This document shows, one piece after another, positions 9,771-20,099 of a stretch of 64,000 nucleotides of DNA. Every line of letters begins with the position of its first letter. The first letter of the stretch is position 1. The notes under the pieces are model-generated. The model was not told the origin of the DNA. It worked only from the letters and a program-made list of their open reading frames with translations, and ran no database searches. The position numbers were made by a program, and so were the translations under genes. The DNA comes from Spirochaetota bacterium (GTDB lineage: Bacteria > Spirochaetota > UBA4802 > UBA5550): assembly GCA_963664815.2 (NCBI GenBank), contig CAXXHB010000003.1, positions 3,968,001-4,032,000 of the forward strand. The letters run 5' to 3'.

Positions 9771-10784
9771 ATGATAGACCTGAGAAGCGATACTGTAACA
9801 AAACCTGGAAAGGCAATGATTGAAGCCATGATGAGTGCAGAGGTTGGCGATGATGTTTACAAAGAAGACCCAACTGTAAATAAACTGGAATATCAGGCTG
9901 CATCAATGTTTGGAATGGAGGCTGCACTGTTCTGCGCATCCGGAACAATGACAAACCAGATAGCAATAAATGTTCACACCAGGCCGGGTGATGAGGTAAT
10001 ATGCGATCGTCTTGCTCACATATATCTGTTTGAGGGTGGCTCTGTAGCAAGACTCTCCGGCTCTTCGGTAAACCTTCTTTCCGGCGACCGGGGAAGATTT
10101 ACCGCTGATGATGTTAAATGCGCAATAAATCCTGATGATATCCACAGAGCAAAGACATCTCTAATTGAAGTTGAAAACACGGTAAACAAGGGTGGCGGGG
10201 CCTGCTGGGATATAACTGAACTGACAAAAATATCCTCTCTATGCAGGGAAAACAATCTGTCATTTCATCTTGACGGTGCAAGAATCTTCAATGCACTCAC
10301 CGAAACAGGCGAACGACCTGAAGATTACGGCAGAATTTTTGACACGATATCTATTTGCCTGTCAAAAGGTCTCGGAGCACCGGTCGGTTCACTTCTTCTC
10401 GGTAAAAAAGATTTTATAAAGAAGGCCTTGAGAGTCCGAAAAGCAATCGGCGGGGGGATGAGGCAGGCCGGATACCTTGCCGCTGCAGGAATATACGCTC
10501 TTGACAATAACATTCAACTTTTAAAGGAAGACCACAGACGTGCCAGAGAGATGGGGAAAATTCTTGAAAAGATGCCTTATATTGATGAAGTATACCCTGT
10601 GCAGACAAATATCCTGATTTTCAAACTGAATGAAAAAATAAAAGATACGGATTTTATATTAAAACTCAACGAAAAAAAAATAAAAGCAAGTACATTCGGA
10701 CCTCAGACAATAAGATTTGTCACTCACCTGGATTTTACAGATGGCATGATGGATGAGGTTATCAGTTTTTTAACATCTTACTGA
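9771..10784 (+). CDS. ltaE: Low-specificity L-threonine aldolase
   Basis: IDLRSDTVT, SGTMTNQ, HLDGARIFNA, CLSKGLGAPVGS. Confidence 0.93.
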   Translation: MIDLRSDTVTKPGKAMIEAMMSAEVGDDVYKEDPTVNKLEYQAASMFGMEAALFCASGTMTNQIAINVHTRPGDEVICDRLAHIYLFEGGSVARLSGSSVNLLSGDRGRFTADDVKCAINPDDIHRAKTSLIEVENTVNKGGGACWDITELTKISSLCRENNLSFHLDGARIFNALTETGERPEDYGRIFDTISICLSKGLGAPVGSLLLGKKDFIKKALRVRKAIGGGMRQAGYLAAAGIYALDNNIQLLKEDHRRAREMGKILEKMPYIDEVYPVQTNILIFKLNEKIKDTDFILKLNEKKIKASTFGPQTIRFVTHLDFTDGMMDEVISFLTSY

Positions 10785-10793
10785 TTCTTCATA

Positions 10794-10817
10794 TATGAAT
10801 CCCGTTATGAATCCCGT
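10794..10817. repeat. 12-bp perfect tandem direct repeat
   Basis: tatgaatcccgt x2 just after ltaE. Confidence 0.6.
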
Positions 10818-10827
10818 GTCAGTGGCA

Positions 10828-10861
10828 GATTTGCTATGTATATAAATATTCATAGCAAATC
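10828..10861. terminator. Inverted repeat, possible terminator
   Basis: gatttgctatg ... catagcaaatc 11-bp stem. Confidence 0.45.
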
Positions 10862-10964
10862 CTGATGTATCATTAAACCACCTCAACCTTCTAAATTTCA
10901 TCTTCTTCAGGTTTTAATATAGTCGACTGGATTAATGAGTTAATGAATTATTACTGAAAAAGGA

Positions 10965-11003
10965 TTGACAATTATAGACATTTATTGTACTAACCAGTCA
11001 GTA
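10965..11003 (+). promoter_or_regulatory. sigma70-like promoter with overlapping TetR-type operator
   Basis: TTGACA at 10965; near-perfect palindrome TACTAAC-CA-GTCAGTA at 10988-11003 over the -10 region. Confidence 0.55.
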
Positions 11004-11020
11004 TTTTAATCGGGAAAGAA

Positions 11021-11614
11021 ATGAATACCAAAACAAAAAGCGAGCAAACCAGAGAGAAAGTTATTTTAGCCAGTCTTGAACTTATAAACCGGCAGGGATA
11101 TACCGCAACATCCATGGACGATATCACCCGGGAGACTGGTGTAAAAAAGGGGAATCTCTACTTCCATTTTTCAAGCAAGGAGGAGCTTACTATCCAGCTC
11201 CTGACCTATGCCAGAGAGGATTTCCTTTCATATCTTAAATCTCATATCACTGATACCAGCCCTCTTGAAAATTTAAAGAATATAATCGAAGCAGACTACA
11301 GACTGCACAGAAAGAAACATTTTGTCGGAGGATGCATATTCGGCAATATAGCACTTGAGATGGCGGATACAAATACCAGATTATCAGCGTTTGTACAGGA
11401 TGTCCTTGATGACTGGATCTCTCTCGTTCTTGATCTGCTTAACCAGGCAATAAAAGCCGGTGAATTGAAAATCAGATGCGACCCGGAATCAATGGCTCGC
11501 CATATTGTCGCTTCTCTCGAAGGGGGAGTGATGTTTTCACGTATGAGTAAAAACGGAAAAGAATTGAGAGACTGCATAAACGCAATATATTCCATACTTG
11601 GAATTAACACCTGA
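11021..11614 (+). CDS. TetR/AcrR-family regulator (NemR/LmrA-like)
   Basis: N-terminal HTH GVKKGNLYFHFSSKEEL; GCIFGNIALE. Confidence 0.92.
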   Translation: MNTKTKSEQTREKVILASLELINRQGYTATSMDDITRETGVKKGNLYFHFSSKEELTIQLLTYAREDFLSYLKSHITDTSPLENLKNIIEADYRLHRKKHFVGGCIFGNIALEMADTNTRLSAFVQDVLDDWISLVLDLLNQAIKAGELKIRCDPESMARHIVASLEGGVMFSRMSKNGKELRDCINAIYSILGINT

Positions 11615-11658
11615 AATAATTTATTATAAATAAGTGAACTAAAAACGGGAGGAGAATT

Positions 11659-12738
11659 ATGGCAGGAGATATTTATATAAAGCTTCGTGAAAGGATTGAT
11701 ACCTATTCAGTAGGTTTAAGTCCTGCGGACTCGGGGGATGAGATAAAAATTCTCATGCAGCTGTTCAGCGAAGATGAGGCGAAGATCTATCTTGGTATGA
11801 CCAGGAGCCTTGAATCTGCAAAAACCATTGCTTCCAGGCTCAATATGGACGCAGACACTATTAAGATACATCTTGATGAAATGACAGAAAAAGGTCTGAC
11901 ATTTCCTAAAACCAGGGATGGTATCAGATACTATGCGGCTGCACCATTTATGCACGGATTTTTTGAGCACCAGGTTTTCAGAAAAAAGAAAGACCCTGCT
12001 ATTGCCCCGCTTTTCGAGAAATATATAATGAACGGTTTCACTCCCAGGAAAGCATCCATGAGGTCTATTCCGGTTATGAGGGAGATTAAGGCAAATGATA
12101 TTGTACTGCCTTTCGATGATGTCAGGGAGATAATCCAGTCGAAAGACAGAATAGGGCTTGTCGGCTGTGCATGTAATTTTCAGGCATCCCAGGTAGGGCT
12201 TGCATGTCCCAGACCGGCTGAAGTATGCCTTGCATTCGACTTTTATGCAGAATACCTGATAGAAGAAATGAAATTCGGAAGATGGATAACACGGGAAGAG
12301 GCCATGAAAGTCCTTGAGGACTCCGAGAAAGCCGGTCTTATTCACCAGACAGCGGGAAATCTTCAAAGTACCGAAGCTTTATGCAACTGCTGCCCTGACT
12401 GCTGTACGGCTATGCGAATGCTGAAAAACCATCCGAAACCGGGGAAAGTCAAATCGACAAATTACAGACTCGAGCAGAATTCATCTGAATGCACGCTATG
12501 TGCTGCATGTATCGATAGATGCCCCATGAAAGCTCTTACTCTTGATAATGATAAAATTATTCTGAACAGGGACCGCTGCATCGGATGCGGACTCTGCGCA
12601 ACTACATGTGCATCAAAAGCCCTTACTCTTGTCAGGAAACCTGATTCTGAAATAAAGGTTCCATCTGAAAAATATGATTTCCTCCGTTCCACAAAAGTTC
12701 TGATGGAGGAACTTGAAATTGAGTCCAAACGCAATTAA
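11659..12738 (+). CDS. 4Fe-4S dicluster ferredoxin-domain protein
   Basis: LCNCCPDCC plus two CxxCxxCxxxC motifs. Confidence 0.85.
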   Translation: MAGDIYIKLRERIDTYSVGLSPADSGDEIKILMQLFSEDEAKIYLGMTRSLESAKTIASRLNMDADTIKIHLDEMTEKGLTFPKTRDGIRYYAAAPFMHGFFEHQVFRKKKDPAIAPLFEKYIMNGFTPRKASMRSIPVMREIKANDIVLPFDDVREIIQSKDRIGLVGCACNFQASQVGLACPRPAEVCLAFDFYAEYLIEEMKFGRWITREEAMKVLEDSEKAGLIHQTAGNLQSTEALCNCCPDCCTAMRMLKNHPKPGKVKSTNYRLEQNSSECTLCAACIDRCPMKALTLDNDKIILNRDRCIGCGLCATTCASKALTLVRKPDSEIKVPSEKYDFLRSTKVLMEELEIESKRN

Positions 12739-12842
12739 CTTCCTCATGTATGCGCAGCTGTTTACAAAGAAGAACAGCTGCGCATAACTTTTTTAATGCA
12801 GTCATCCAGGCGGATACTAAATATATTTTGAGGAATCAAACA

Positions 12843-15083
12843 ATGAGCGAAATTACAGAAAAAACCGTTTTCAGGACATGCCCTCTGTGTGAGGCCACTT
12901 GCGGTCTTGCAATCACCATTTCAGGGAACAGGGTAACGGGTATCCGCGGCGACCGCGATGATGTTTTCAGCCATGGGTATATATGTCCGAAAGGAGCTGC
13001 ACTGGGCCATTTGCATGATGATCCTGACCGTCTGCGCAAACCTTTAGTACGTCATGGCAGTACATGGAGTGAAGTTTCATGGGAAACAGCTTTCAAAGAA
13101 GTGGAAAAAGGATTATCAGACGTTACAAAACATTATGGTCATAATGCCCTGGCGGTGTATATGGGCAACCCATGTACACATACAATCGCAAGTATTGCAA
13201 TCCCCCCTTTACTGAAATCTATAAAAAGTAAAAACACCTACTCATCATCTTCAGTGGATCAGCTACCGAAACAGATGATCTGCGGGCTGATGTATGGCAA
13301 CCCGAATACCATACCGATACCTGACATCGACAGGACTTCTTATTTACTTGTAATTGGCGCAAACCCTCTGGCATCAAACGGCAGTTTGTGTACTGCTCCG
13401 GATTTTCCCGGTCGTCTCCGCGCGATCAGGGATAGAGGAGGGAAAATTGTCGTTATCGATCCTAAAAGAACTCCTACTGCGGCTATTGCCGATGAACACC
13501 ACTTCATACGTCCTGGTACAGATGCCCTTCTTATCTTTGCAATGATAAAAACCCTGTTTGACCACAACCGTGTTGATACGGGTAATCTTTCCCGGTACAT
13601 TAATGACCTGGACAGGATTAAAGAACTATCAATGCAATTTTCAACGGAAAAAGTGGCTCCTCTCTGCGGCATACCCGCGGAGGAGGTAAAGCGCGTGGCC
13701 ATTGAATTTTCAGATGCAGATAAAGCCGTTGCTTACGGCCGTATGGGTGCTAGTACGGTAATTTTCGGAGGTCTCACAAACTGGCTGGTGGAAGTCCTTA
13801 ACATTCTTACAGGAAATCTGGACAGGCCGGGGGGTGCAATGTTTACAACCCCGGCACATCTCCCTGAAAAAAAAATCCCCGGAGGCAGAGGGTTTAAGAC
13901 CGGAAGATGGAAAAGCAGAATAAACGGATATCCGGAGGTTCTCGGCGAACTCCCGGCAGCCGCACTTGCAACCGAGATTGAAACATCAGGGGAGGATCAG
14001 ATTCGTTCTTTGATCTGCATTACGGCCAATCCGGCCATATCCAACCCGAACAGTCATCGCCTTGACAAAGCACTTGGCACACTGGATTTCATGGTATCAG
14101 TTGATTTTTACCTCAACGAGACCAGCAGGCATGCCCATGTGATTCTTCCCCCGACAACACACCTTTCACAGGGGCATTACGATTTTACATTCAATCTCTT
14201 TTCGGTACGCAATATAGCTAAATATTCACCACCGGTTATACCCATTGAACCGGGAGAGATGAGTTTCTGGGAGATTATCACAAGAATGACAATGATAACA
14301 TCCGGCATGGGTTCTTCGGCAGATCCGGCTTTACTTGAGGAAAATATAATCCGCCAGATGATAGAATCGGATAAAAATTCAGAGAAAGGCATTAATTCAA
14401 CTAAAACAGCTGATGAAATAATTGCTGACCTTAAACCTCTTACCGGCGCCGAGCGGATTCTGGACTACCTTCTCAGAACCGGTTATTATGGATGCGGATT
14501 TAACGGAAACAGTGATGGTTTGTCTTTTCAGAAACTGCTTGAAAAACCGCACGGAATTGACCTCGGCCCTCTCATTCCAAGGCTTCCGGAGATTCTCAAT
14601 ACACCATCCGCAAAGATAGAGCTGGCTCCTTCAGTAATAATCGAAGACATACCCCGGCTTGTTTCTTCAATGAAAAATCCTCATTCAGATAATTTCCAGC
14701 TTATAGGGCGGAGAGATCTCCGGTCAAATAATTCATGGATGCACAACATCCCGGTGCTTGTCTCCGGCAAATCGCGCTGTACACTTCAGATTCATACTGA
14801 CGATGCCGTAAAACTCGGTACTGTCACAGGAGACAATGTCATTATCAGAAACCATATCGGATCATTGACCGCCACAGTGGAGACAACAGCAGATATAATG
14901 CCGGGTGTAGTCTCCCTGCCTCACGGATGGGGACATGACATCCCCGGAATTAATATGCATGTGGCACAGACAAATCCCGGCATCAACAGTAATATACTTG
15001 CGGATGAAAACAGTTTCGACCTTTTGTCCGGCAACTCTGTTCTTAACGGAATTCCGGTGGAGATTCTCAAAACTGCTGAATGA
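12843..15083 (+). CDS. Molybdopterin (bis-MGD) oxidoreductase, cytoplasmic, unknown substrate
   Basis: RTCPLCEATCG...CPKG Fe-S motif, GANPLASNG, RSNNSWMHN; start moved to ATG 12843 after GAGGA RBS; no Tat signal. Confidence 0.88.
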   Translation: MSEITEKTVFRTCPLCEATCGLAITISGNRVTGIRGDRDDVFSHGYICPKGAALGHLHDDPDRLRKPLVRHGSTWSEVSWETAFKEVEKGLSDVTKHYGHNALAVYMGNPCTHTIASIAIPPLLKSIKSKNTYSSSSVDQLPKQMICGLMYGNPNTIPIPDIDRTSYLLVIGANPLASNGSLCTAPDFPGRLRAIRDRGGKIVVIDPKRTPTAAIADEHHFIRPGTDALLIFAMIKTLFDHNRVDTGNLSRYINDLDRIKELSMQFSTEKVAPLCGIPAEEVKRVAIEFSDADKAVAYGRMGASTVIFGGLTNWLVEVLNILTGNLDRPGGAMFTTPAHLPEKKIPGGRGFKTGRWKSRINGYPEVLGELPAAALATEIETSGEDQIRSLICITANPAISNPNSHRLDKALGTLDFMVSVDFYLNETSRHAHVILPPTTHLSQGHYDFTFNLFSVRNIAKYSPPVIPIEPGEMSFWEIITRMTMITSGMGSSADPALLEENIIRQMIESDKNSEKGINSTKTADEIIADLKPLTGAERILDYLLRTGYYGCGFNGNSDGLSFQKLLEKPHGIDLGPLIPRLPEILNTPSAKIELAPSVIIEDIPRLVSSMKNPHSDNFQLIGRRDLRSNNSWMHNIPVLVSGKSRCTLQIHTDDAVKLGTVTGDNVIIRNHIGSLTATVETTADIMPGVVSLPHGWGHDIPGINMHVAQTNPGINSNILADENSFDLLSGNSVLNGIPVEILKTAE

Positions 15084-15185
15084 GTTTGCCTTCAGAACTG
15101 GAAAATAATTAAAAAAGAATTAAGTGAATTCCCGGGATTCAGCCTTAATTCTTTTGCCAAGGAAAAATACTTTACATTACAAAAT

Positions 15186-15213
15186 GGACTGGTTTATCTG
15201 AATAAACCAGTCC
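15186..15213. terminator. 12-bp perfect hairpin between convergent genes (likely bidirectional terminator)
   Basis: ggactggtttat-ctga-ataaaccagtcc. Confidence 0.6.
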
Positions 15214-15232
15214 GATTAATGCAGATAATATA

Positions 15233-15712
15233 TTATCTCAGACTGATAACTCCAAGTATCAGGGCGATAACGCCCATTGCTATGGAGATTATACTTATAA
15301 CAGCGGTTGTTCTCATCATGGAATCCGGCGAATTATATAACGCCTTTATTTTTTTAAACGGATTAACTGTCTTCCTTATTTCAAGTTCAATATTTTCAAG
15401 ATCATTGTCGGCAATCCCGAGTTTAACCCTGTAATATTTGCAAAGTACAACAGACAGGCGGTCATCTCCGATTAAAAGTTCAGTATTGCCGAATCTTTTT
15501 TCGGTAACAGAATTATAGAAAGTTTTATAGTAACTGTCAATAAACCTTAACCATACATATATGCTTCGTTTCTTTCTTTTTCCGCTTCTGAAAGTTATAC
15601 GGACAAAATCATTAAACTTCAATTCAGGGAGAGGTGTTATATATACATCATGGTCCCTGTAAAGTTCAGATAGCTGCCTCTTGACATGAAAAGTTTTCTT
15701 TATTTTCAACAT
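15233..15712 (-). CDS. Hypothetical protein with C-terminal TM anchor
   Basis: 159-aa ORF, AAGG upstream, hydrophobic C-terminal helix. Confidence 0.6.
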   Translation of the reverse strand: MLKIKKTFHVKRQLSELYRDHDVYITPLPELKFNDFVRITFRSGKRKKRSIYVWLRFIDSYYKTFYNSVTEKRFGNTELLIGDDRLSVVLCKYYRVKLGIADNDLENIELEIRKTVNPFKKIKALYNSPDSMMRTTAVISIISIAMGVIALILGVISLR

Positions 15713-15779
15713 TTTACCTTTATCACTTACCCTGGCTTATTTATTTTTATAAATATTTTTCAAAATACTTGTTCTCTGC

Positions 15780-15803
15780 GATTCCCGCCTTCGCGGGAAT
15801 GAC
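15780..15803 (-). repeat. REP/dRS3-like palindromic element
   Basis: Minus strand GTCATTCCCGCGAAGGCGGGAATC (ATTCCC-N8-GGGAAT). Confidence 0.7.
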
Positions 15804-15852
15804 AATGAATGTACTGATTCAATCGTTAACTGCTATAATGTAAATTTTAAAA

Positions 15853-17028
15853 TTACTCCACATGAAGAAGAAGGCCCTTCAGGTACTCCCCTTCCGGATG
15901 GTATATACTGAATGGATGATCTTTCCCCTGCGAAAGCTGTGCAAATACTCTTACATTTCGTCCGGAATCTGCTGCAGCGGAAAATACAATCTTGCGGAAA
16001 AGATCAGATGTAACATGATGTGAGCATGAAAATGTAAAGATAAGCGAATCTTTCCTGATCTTTTTCATTGAGCTTAAATTTATATCTTTGTATCCACGTG
16101 CTCCCCGTTCAACTCCCTTTGACGATTTTACGAATGCAGGAGGATCAAGCACAATTAGGTCGTAATAGTTTTCCTCCATGTTCCTGAGGTATTCAAAACA
16201 ATCTGCTTTTATTGATTTATGATTTTCATTACAGAAAGAGTTGATTTTAATATTACCGGTTGTCATGTCAACGGCATCCGACGAAATATCAACGCTGTGA
16301 ATAAGTTCCGCACCCCCCGCCATGGCGTATATTGAAAAACCTCCAGTATAACAGAAAGCATTCAGAACTCTTCTCCCGGATGAAAGATGTCGCAACAAAT
16401 CACGGTTCTCACGCTGATCGAGAAAAAAACCTGTCTTCTGGCCATGTTCAAAATCAATAATAAACCTGAGTCCGTTCTCCTTTACTTCAACTGTCGGTGC
16501 GCTCCCTCCGCGTATAAAACCGAACGGGATGTCAACCATTTCAACTTCGTTAGCTCCTGGATTTTTTACACATATATTTTCATAACCGAGATTTACTAGA
16601 GAATCAGCTATTATATCAAGTATAATCTCCACACCCTTAACAAATATCTGAAGCACGGTTACATCGCCATAGATATCTGCAACCAGTCCGGGGAAAAAAT
16701 CACCCTCAGCGTTAATAAGCCGGTAGCAGTTTGTATCATCTTTTATAAACCTTTTTCTCAGCATCGCTGCTTTTTTTATCTTCTCATTAAAATAATCCCG
16801 ACCGAAGTTTTCTGTTTTCATTTCGGAAAATTCAAACATGCGGCAGATAATCTGGCTGCCAGGTGAAAAAAAACCGTAACCAAGCACCCGGTTATTAAAA
16901 GAGATCACTTCAACAATCTCGCCATTTTCGTAATCAGGAATATACATCAGGGCCCCGGAGAAAATCCATGGATGCCTGTTGAGGAGAGATCTCTCCCTCC
17001 CATTTTTTATTTTAATCTGTCTGTACAT
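15853..17028 (-). CDS. rlmI: 23S rRNA m5C1962 methyltransferase (RlmI-like)
   Basis: HPWIFSG PUA domain, GQKTGFFLDQRENR, VLDPPAF, FSCS, PEGEYLKG. Confidence 0.88.
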   Translation of the reverse strand: MYRQIKIKNGRERSLLNRHPWIFSGALMYIPDYENGEIVEVISFNNRVLGYGFFSPGSQIICRMFEFSEMKTENFGRDYFNEKIKKAAMLRKRFIKDDTNCYRLINAEGDFFPGLVADIYGDVTVLQIFVKGVEIILDIIADSLVNLGYENICVKNPGANEVEMVDIPFGFIRGGSAPTVEVKENGLRFIIDFEHGQKTGFFLDQRENRDLLRHLSSGRRVLNAFCYTGGFSIYAMAGGAELIHSVDISSDAVDMTTGNIKINSFCNENHKSIKADCFEYLRNMEENYYDLIVLDPPAFVKSSKGVERGARGYKDINLSSMKKIRKDSLIFTFSCSHHVTSDLFRKIVFSAAADSGRNVRVFAQLSQGKDHPFSIYHPEGEYLKGLLLHVE

Positions 17029-17031
17029 CTG

Positions 17032-17904
17032 TTAAAGCCTTATTTTTTTAAAAAGCCATGGCGCGCCGGCAAAAACCCAGATACTTAATATCCAGGAATG
17101 GATAAATACCGATATTAGATAGAATGAAGAATCTTTACTGAATAAAAACTTTTCCGCTGAAAAAAGCAATAAGAGTAAAACTCCGCCTGCAATATATCTT
17201 AGTATGCCATTTCTCAGACCAGAAGACTTGCTGAAATTTATATATCTTCTTTCAATCATAATTCCGGCGCAGAAGCCCGAAAGCGCCCCCATTGACATCA
17301 CCGATGTCTTCGAAGCCATTATAAATGATAATACTGCAGGAATAATTACCGACGCAGCGGCCATCATTAAAGCATTCATCCCCGGCAGAAAACTCTCAAT
17401 TCTGTCAAATAACGGCCACATAACAATAAGAATAACAGCAGCGATAAGCCACCCTGCGAATATATCCGTCGGGAAATGCACGCCAAGATATATTCTGGAA
17501 AATGCAATAATCAATATGATAAAAACCGCCAGATACGAAAAGACCCTGTTTTTCAGCCATAACGAAACTGAACCCCAAACAACAAAAGACTGCTGTGCAT
17601 GTCCGCTGGGAAGACCTGGCCCCCCTGTTTTGCCGATTTTTACTGTTTCATTAAGGCTGTAGGGGCGGGGATGATTAAACAGATCCTTCAGTATTGTATT
17701 AAACCAGCTTGAAATTATAAATAGGAAGAATATTCTTGCCGCATACTTTTTATCAAAGCACCAGTAGAGTACGGGCAGAAAAAGCAGATAAAAAACCATT
17801 GTTCCGAAAAACGAAATAATTGTAAAAAAAGAATCAAAGAACGGGGACCTGATTGTCTGAACAGATATTATTACATCTATCCCCCACTGCCACATATGTT
17901 CCAT
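17032..17904 (-). CDS. PAP2-family membrane phosphatase
   Basis: KxxxxxxRP, PSGHAQ, SRIYLGVHFPTD. Confidence 0.9.
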   Translation of the reverse strand: MEHMWQWGIDVIISVQTIRSPFFDSFFTIISFFGTMVFYLLFLPVLYWCFDKKYAARIFFLFIISSWFNTILKDLFNHPRPYSLNETVKIGKTGGPGLPSGHAQQSFVVWGSVSLWLKNRVFSYLAVFIILIIAFSRIYLGVHFPTDIFAGWLIAAVILIVMWPLFDRIESFLPGMNALMMAAASVIIPAVLSFIMASKTSVMSMGALSGFCAGIMIERRYINFSKSSGLRNGILRYIAGGVLLLLLFSAEKFLFSKDSSFYLISVFIHSWILSIWVFAGAPWLFKKIRL

Positions 17905-18140
17905 AGGTTTCTCCCGAACCGGATACTGTTATCCGGTAATGCAATTACAGTTTTTATGCAATTCTCTTAATTTACAATAAGAATTATTTCGCTGCAATAA
18001 TATATCTGTCAGAAAAACAGGAATAAGCAGAATTACACTGTCTCTAGCAGAAGATATAATTACTGTATGGTCAAGCCTGAATTTTAAAATATAAATCATT
18101 AAAACAATTCAACGTTAATTCCTGAACTTTTTTAACAGCT

Positions 18141-18175
18141 AAAAAAGGCAGGCCCCCGAAAAGGAACCTGCCTTT
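18141..18175 (-). terminator. Rho-independent terminator of the acyl-CoA dehydrogenase gene
   Basis: aaaggcagg...cctgccttt stem; A-run gives a U-tract on the minus strand. Confidence 0.7.
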
Positions 18176-18230
18176 ATAAAAACCAGTAGGCTTCAGCCCC
18201 CTGGTAAAAGTTCAATCAGCTTAAATAATC

Positions 18231-20099
18231 TTATTCAGCAAGTGTGCCTGTAAAGATAGCATCAGTTGCTTTAACAACCGCGCCTTCATTAAACTTGATA
18301 GACTCAAATCTTCCGAAAACTTTAAGGAGTTCGCTTCCAAGGTAGTACTGTCCGGAGAGAACTTTACCTGTATAGAATGCAGCTTCAGCGTTATCAGCAA
18401 GTAATTTATCTCTTTCAGGTCCTTTAAGGTCGCCAACAAGTGCTTTCATCTTTGGCATAGCAACAGTCATACTCCATACATGACACCATGCAAGAGCAAC
18501 CATGTACATTGCATCAAGAAGAGGAGTTGCATGCATAAATATATTAAGGAACTGCCCTTTTGCCATCATTCCTTTAAGGAATTCAATAACTTCATCAAGT
18601 TCTTTTATAGCCCTTGTAAGGATATCAAGATATTTGTCCTCAACAATACCCTTAGCCTTGGCAATTGTTCCTTCCATTCTTGATTTCAATACTGTGTAGT
18701 TATACTGATTCTTATTCATGAGAATTTTTCTCATCATAAGGTCCATCGCCTGGATTCCATTTGTTCCTTCATAGATAGCAAGGATCTTGGAGTCGCTCAT
18801 GTATCTTGCAACAGGATAGTCTCTGCAGTATCCGTACCCGCCATATACCTGCATCGCCATTGAAGTTATTTCAACGCCTCTATCTGTACAGCCGGCTTTA
18901 CAGATAGGTACAAGGATTTCAAGCATTGCATCAGCTTCTTTCTTAACAACCGGATCAGGATCAAGCGCAAGGTCTTTCTGCATAAAGAGGTAATCGATGA
19001 GTATTCTCTGTCCTTCAAGGTGTGATTTCATCCAGAGCAGCATTCTCTTAACATCGGGGTGCTTGCTGATTGATACAAGAGGAGCATCAGGATTCAACAT
19101 CTGTGTTACATCAACACCCTGAAGCCTGTTCTTAGAGTATGTTACAGCGTGCATATATGCAGCCGAAGCATTTGACTGTCCCTGAAGAGCAACACCATAA
19201 CGGGCATAGTTCATCATCATGAACATGATTTTCATACCCTGACGCTCTTCGCCAAGAAGTTCCCCTATACAGTTTCCGTTGTCTCCGAAAGAGAGCTGTG
19301 ATGTGGCCTGTCCGTGGAGGCCCATTTTATGTTCAATACCTGTACAAGTTACATCATTAAATTCGCCTTTGGTTCCATCAGGATTAACTCGGAATTTGGG
19401 AACGATGAAAATTGATATACCCTTTGTCCCTTTGGGGTCACCTTCTATTCTCGCGAGAACTGGGTGAACCATATTGTCAAAATAATCATTTTCACCTGAG
19501 GAGATGAATATTTTCTGGCCTGTTATTTTGTATGTGCCATCAGGCTGTTTTACAGCTTTGGCTTTAAGGTTACCAACATCAGAACCAGCATCAGGTTCTG
19601 TAAGACACATCGTTCCGCCCCACTCCCCTGTCATAATTTTTTCAGCATATAGCTTCTTCTGTCGTTCTGTACCGAATGAAAAGTAAAGCTCCATAGCTCC
19701 ATGAGATAGTCCTGCATACATATTAAGACTATAGTTAGCGGCAATAATAAACTCCGCTGCACCTGCCATCACAGCATTGGGCATCCCCATCCCGCCATGT
19801 TCAACACTGTCGCTTATCCCGTGAAAACCTGCTTCATAATAAGCATCGAGTGCGGGATGAAAGCATGCTGGAATTTTAACCCCTTTTGTGACCGGATCCC
19901 ATTTTGCTCCATTCTTGTCGCCTTCGTCAGCAGTAGGATAAATAACGTCAACAGCAAGCTGCTCGGCAAGGTCAATTGTAGCATCAAAGGTATCTTTGTC
20001 AAAATCAGCATATTCCGGATACTTTGTAAGCTTTTCGATTTCGAACATCTCAAATAAAACAAATTTTACGTCCCTTGTATCAACCAACGGATTAAGCAT
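18231..20099 (-). CDS. Long-type acyl-CoA dehydrogenase
   Basis: GTMCLTEPDAGSDVG, KIFISSGE, EHKMG, YGGYGY, IYEGTNGIQA; start at ATG 20099 after GGGAGG. Confidence 0.93.
   Translation of the reverse strand: MLNPLVDTRDVKFVLFEMFEIEKLTKYPEYADFDKDTFDATIDLAEQLAVDVIYPTADEGDKNGAKWDPVTKGVKIPACFHPALDAYYEAGFHGISDSVEHGGMGMPNAVMAGAAEFIIAANYSLNMYAGLSHGAMELYFSFGTERQKKLYAEKIMTGEWGGTMCLTEPDAGSDVGNLKAKAVKQPDGTYKITGQKIFISSGENDYFDNMVHPVLARIEGDPKGTKGISIFIVPKFRVNPDGTKGEFNDVTCTGIEHKMGLHGQATSQLSFGDNGNCIGELLGEERQGMKIMFMMMNYARYGVALQGQSNASAAYMHAVTYSKNRLQGVDVTQMLNPDAPLVSISKHPDVKRMLLWMKSHLEGQRILIDYLFMQKDLALDPDPVVKKEADAMLEILVPICKAGCTDRGVEITSMAMQVYGGYGYCRDYPVARYMSDSKILAIYEGTNGIQAMDLMMRKILMNKNQYNYTVLKSRMEGTIAKAKGIVEDKYLDILTRAIKELDEVIEFLKGMMAKGQFLNIFMHATPLLDAMYMVALAWCHVWSMTVAMPKMKALVGDLKGPERDKLLADNAEAAFYTGKVLSGQYYLGSELLKVFGRFESIKFNEGAVVKATDAIFTGTLAE

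Noticed and set aside
11716-12366. 216-aa antisense ORF, and many similar short opposite-strand ORFs in the track
   Set aside because: Shadows of well-supported genes; no motifs or RBS
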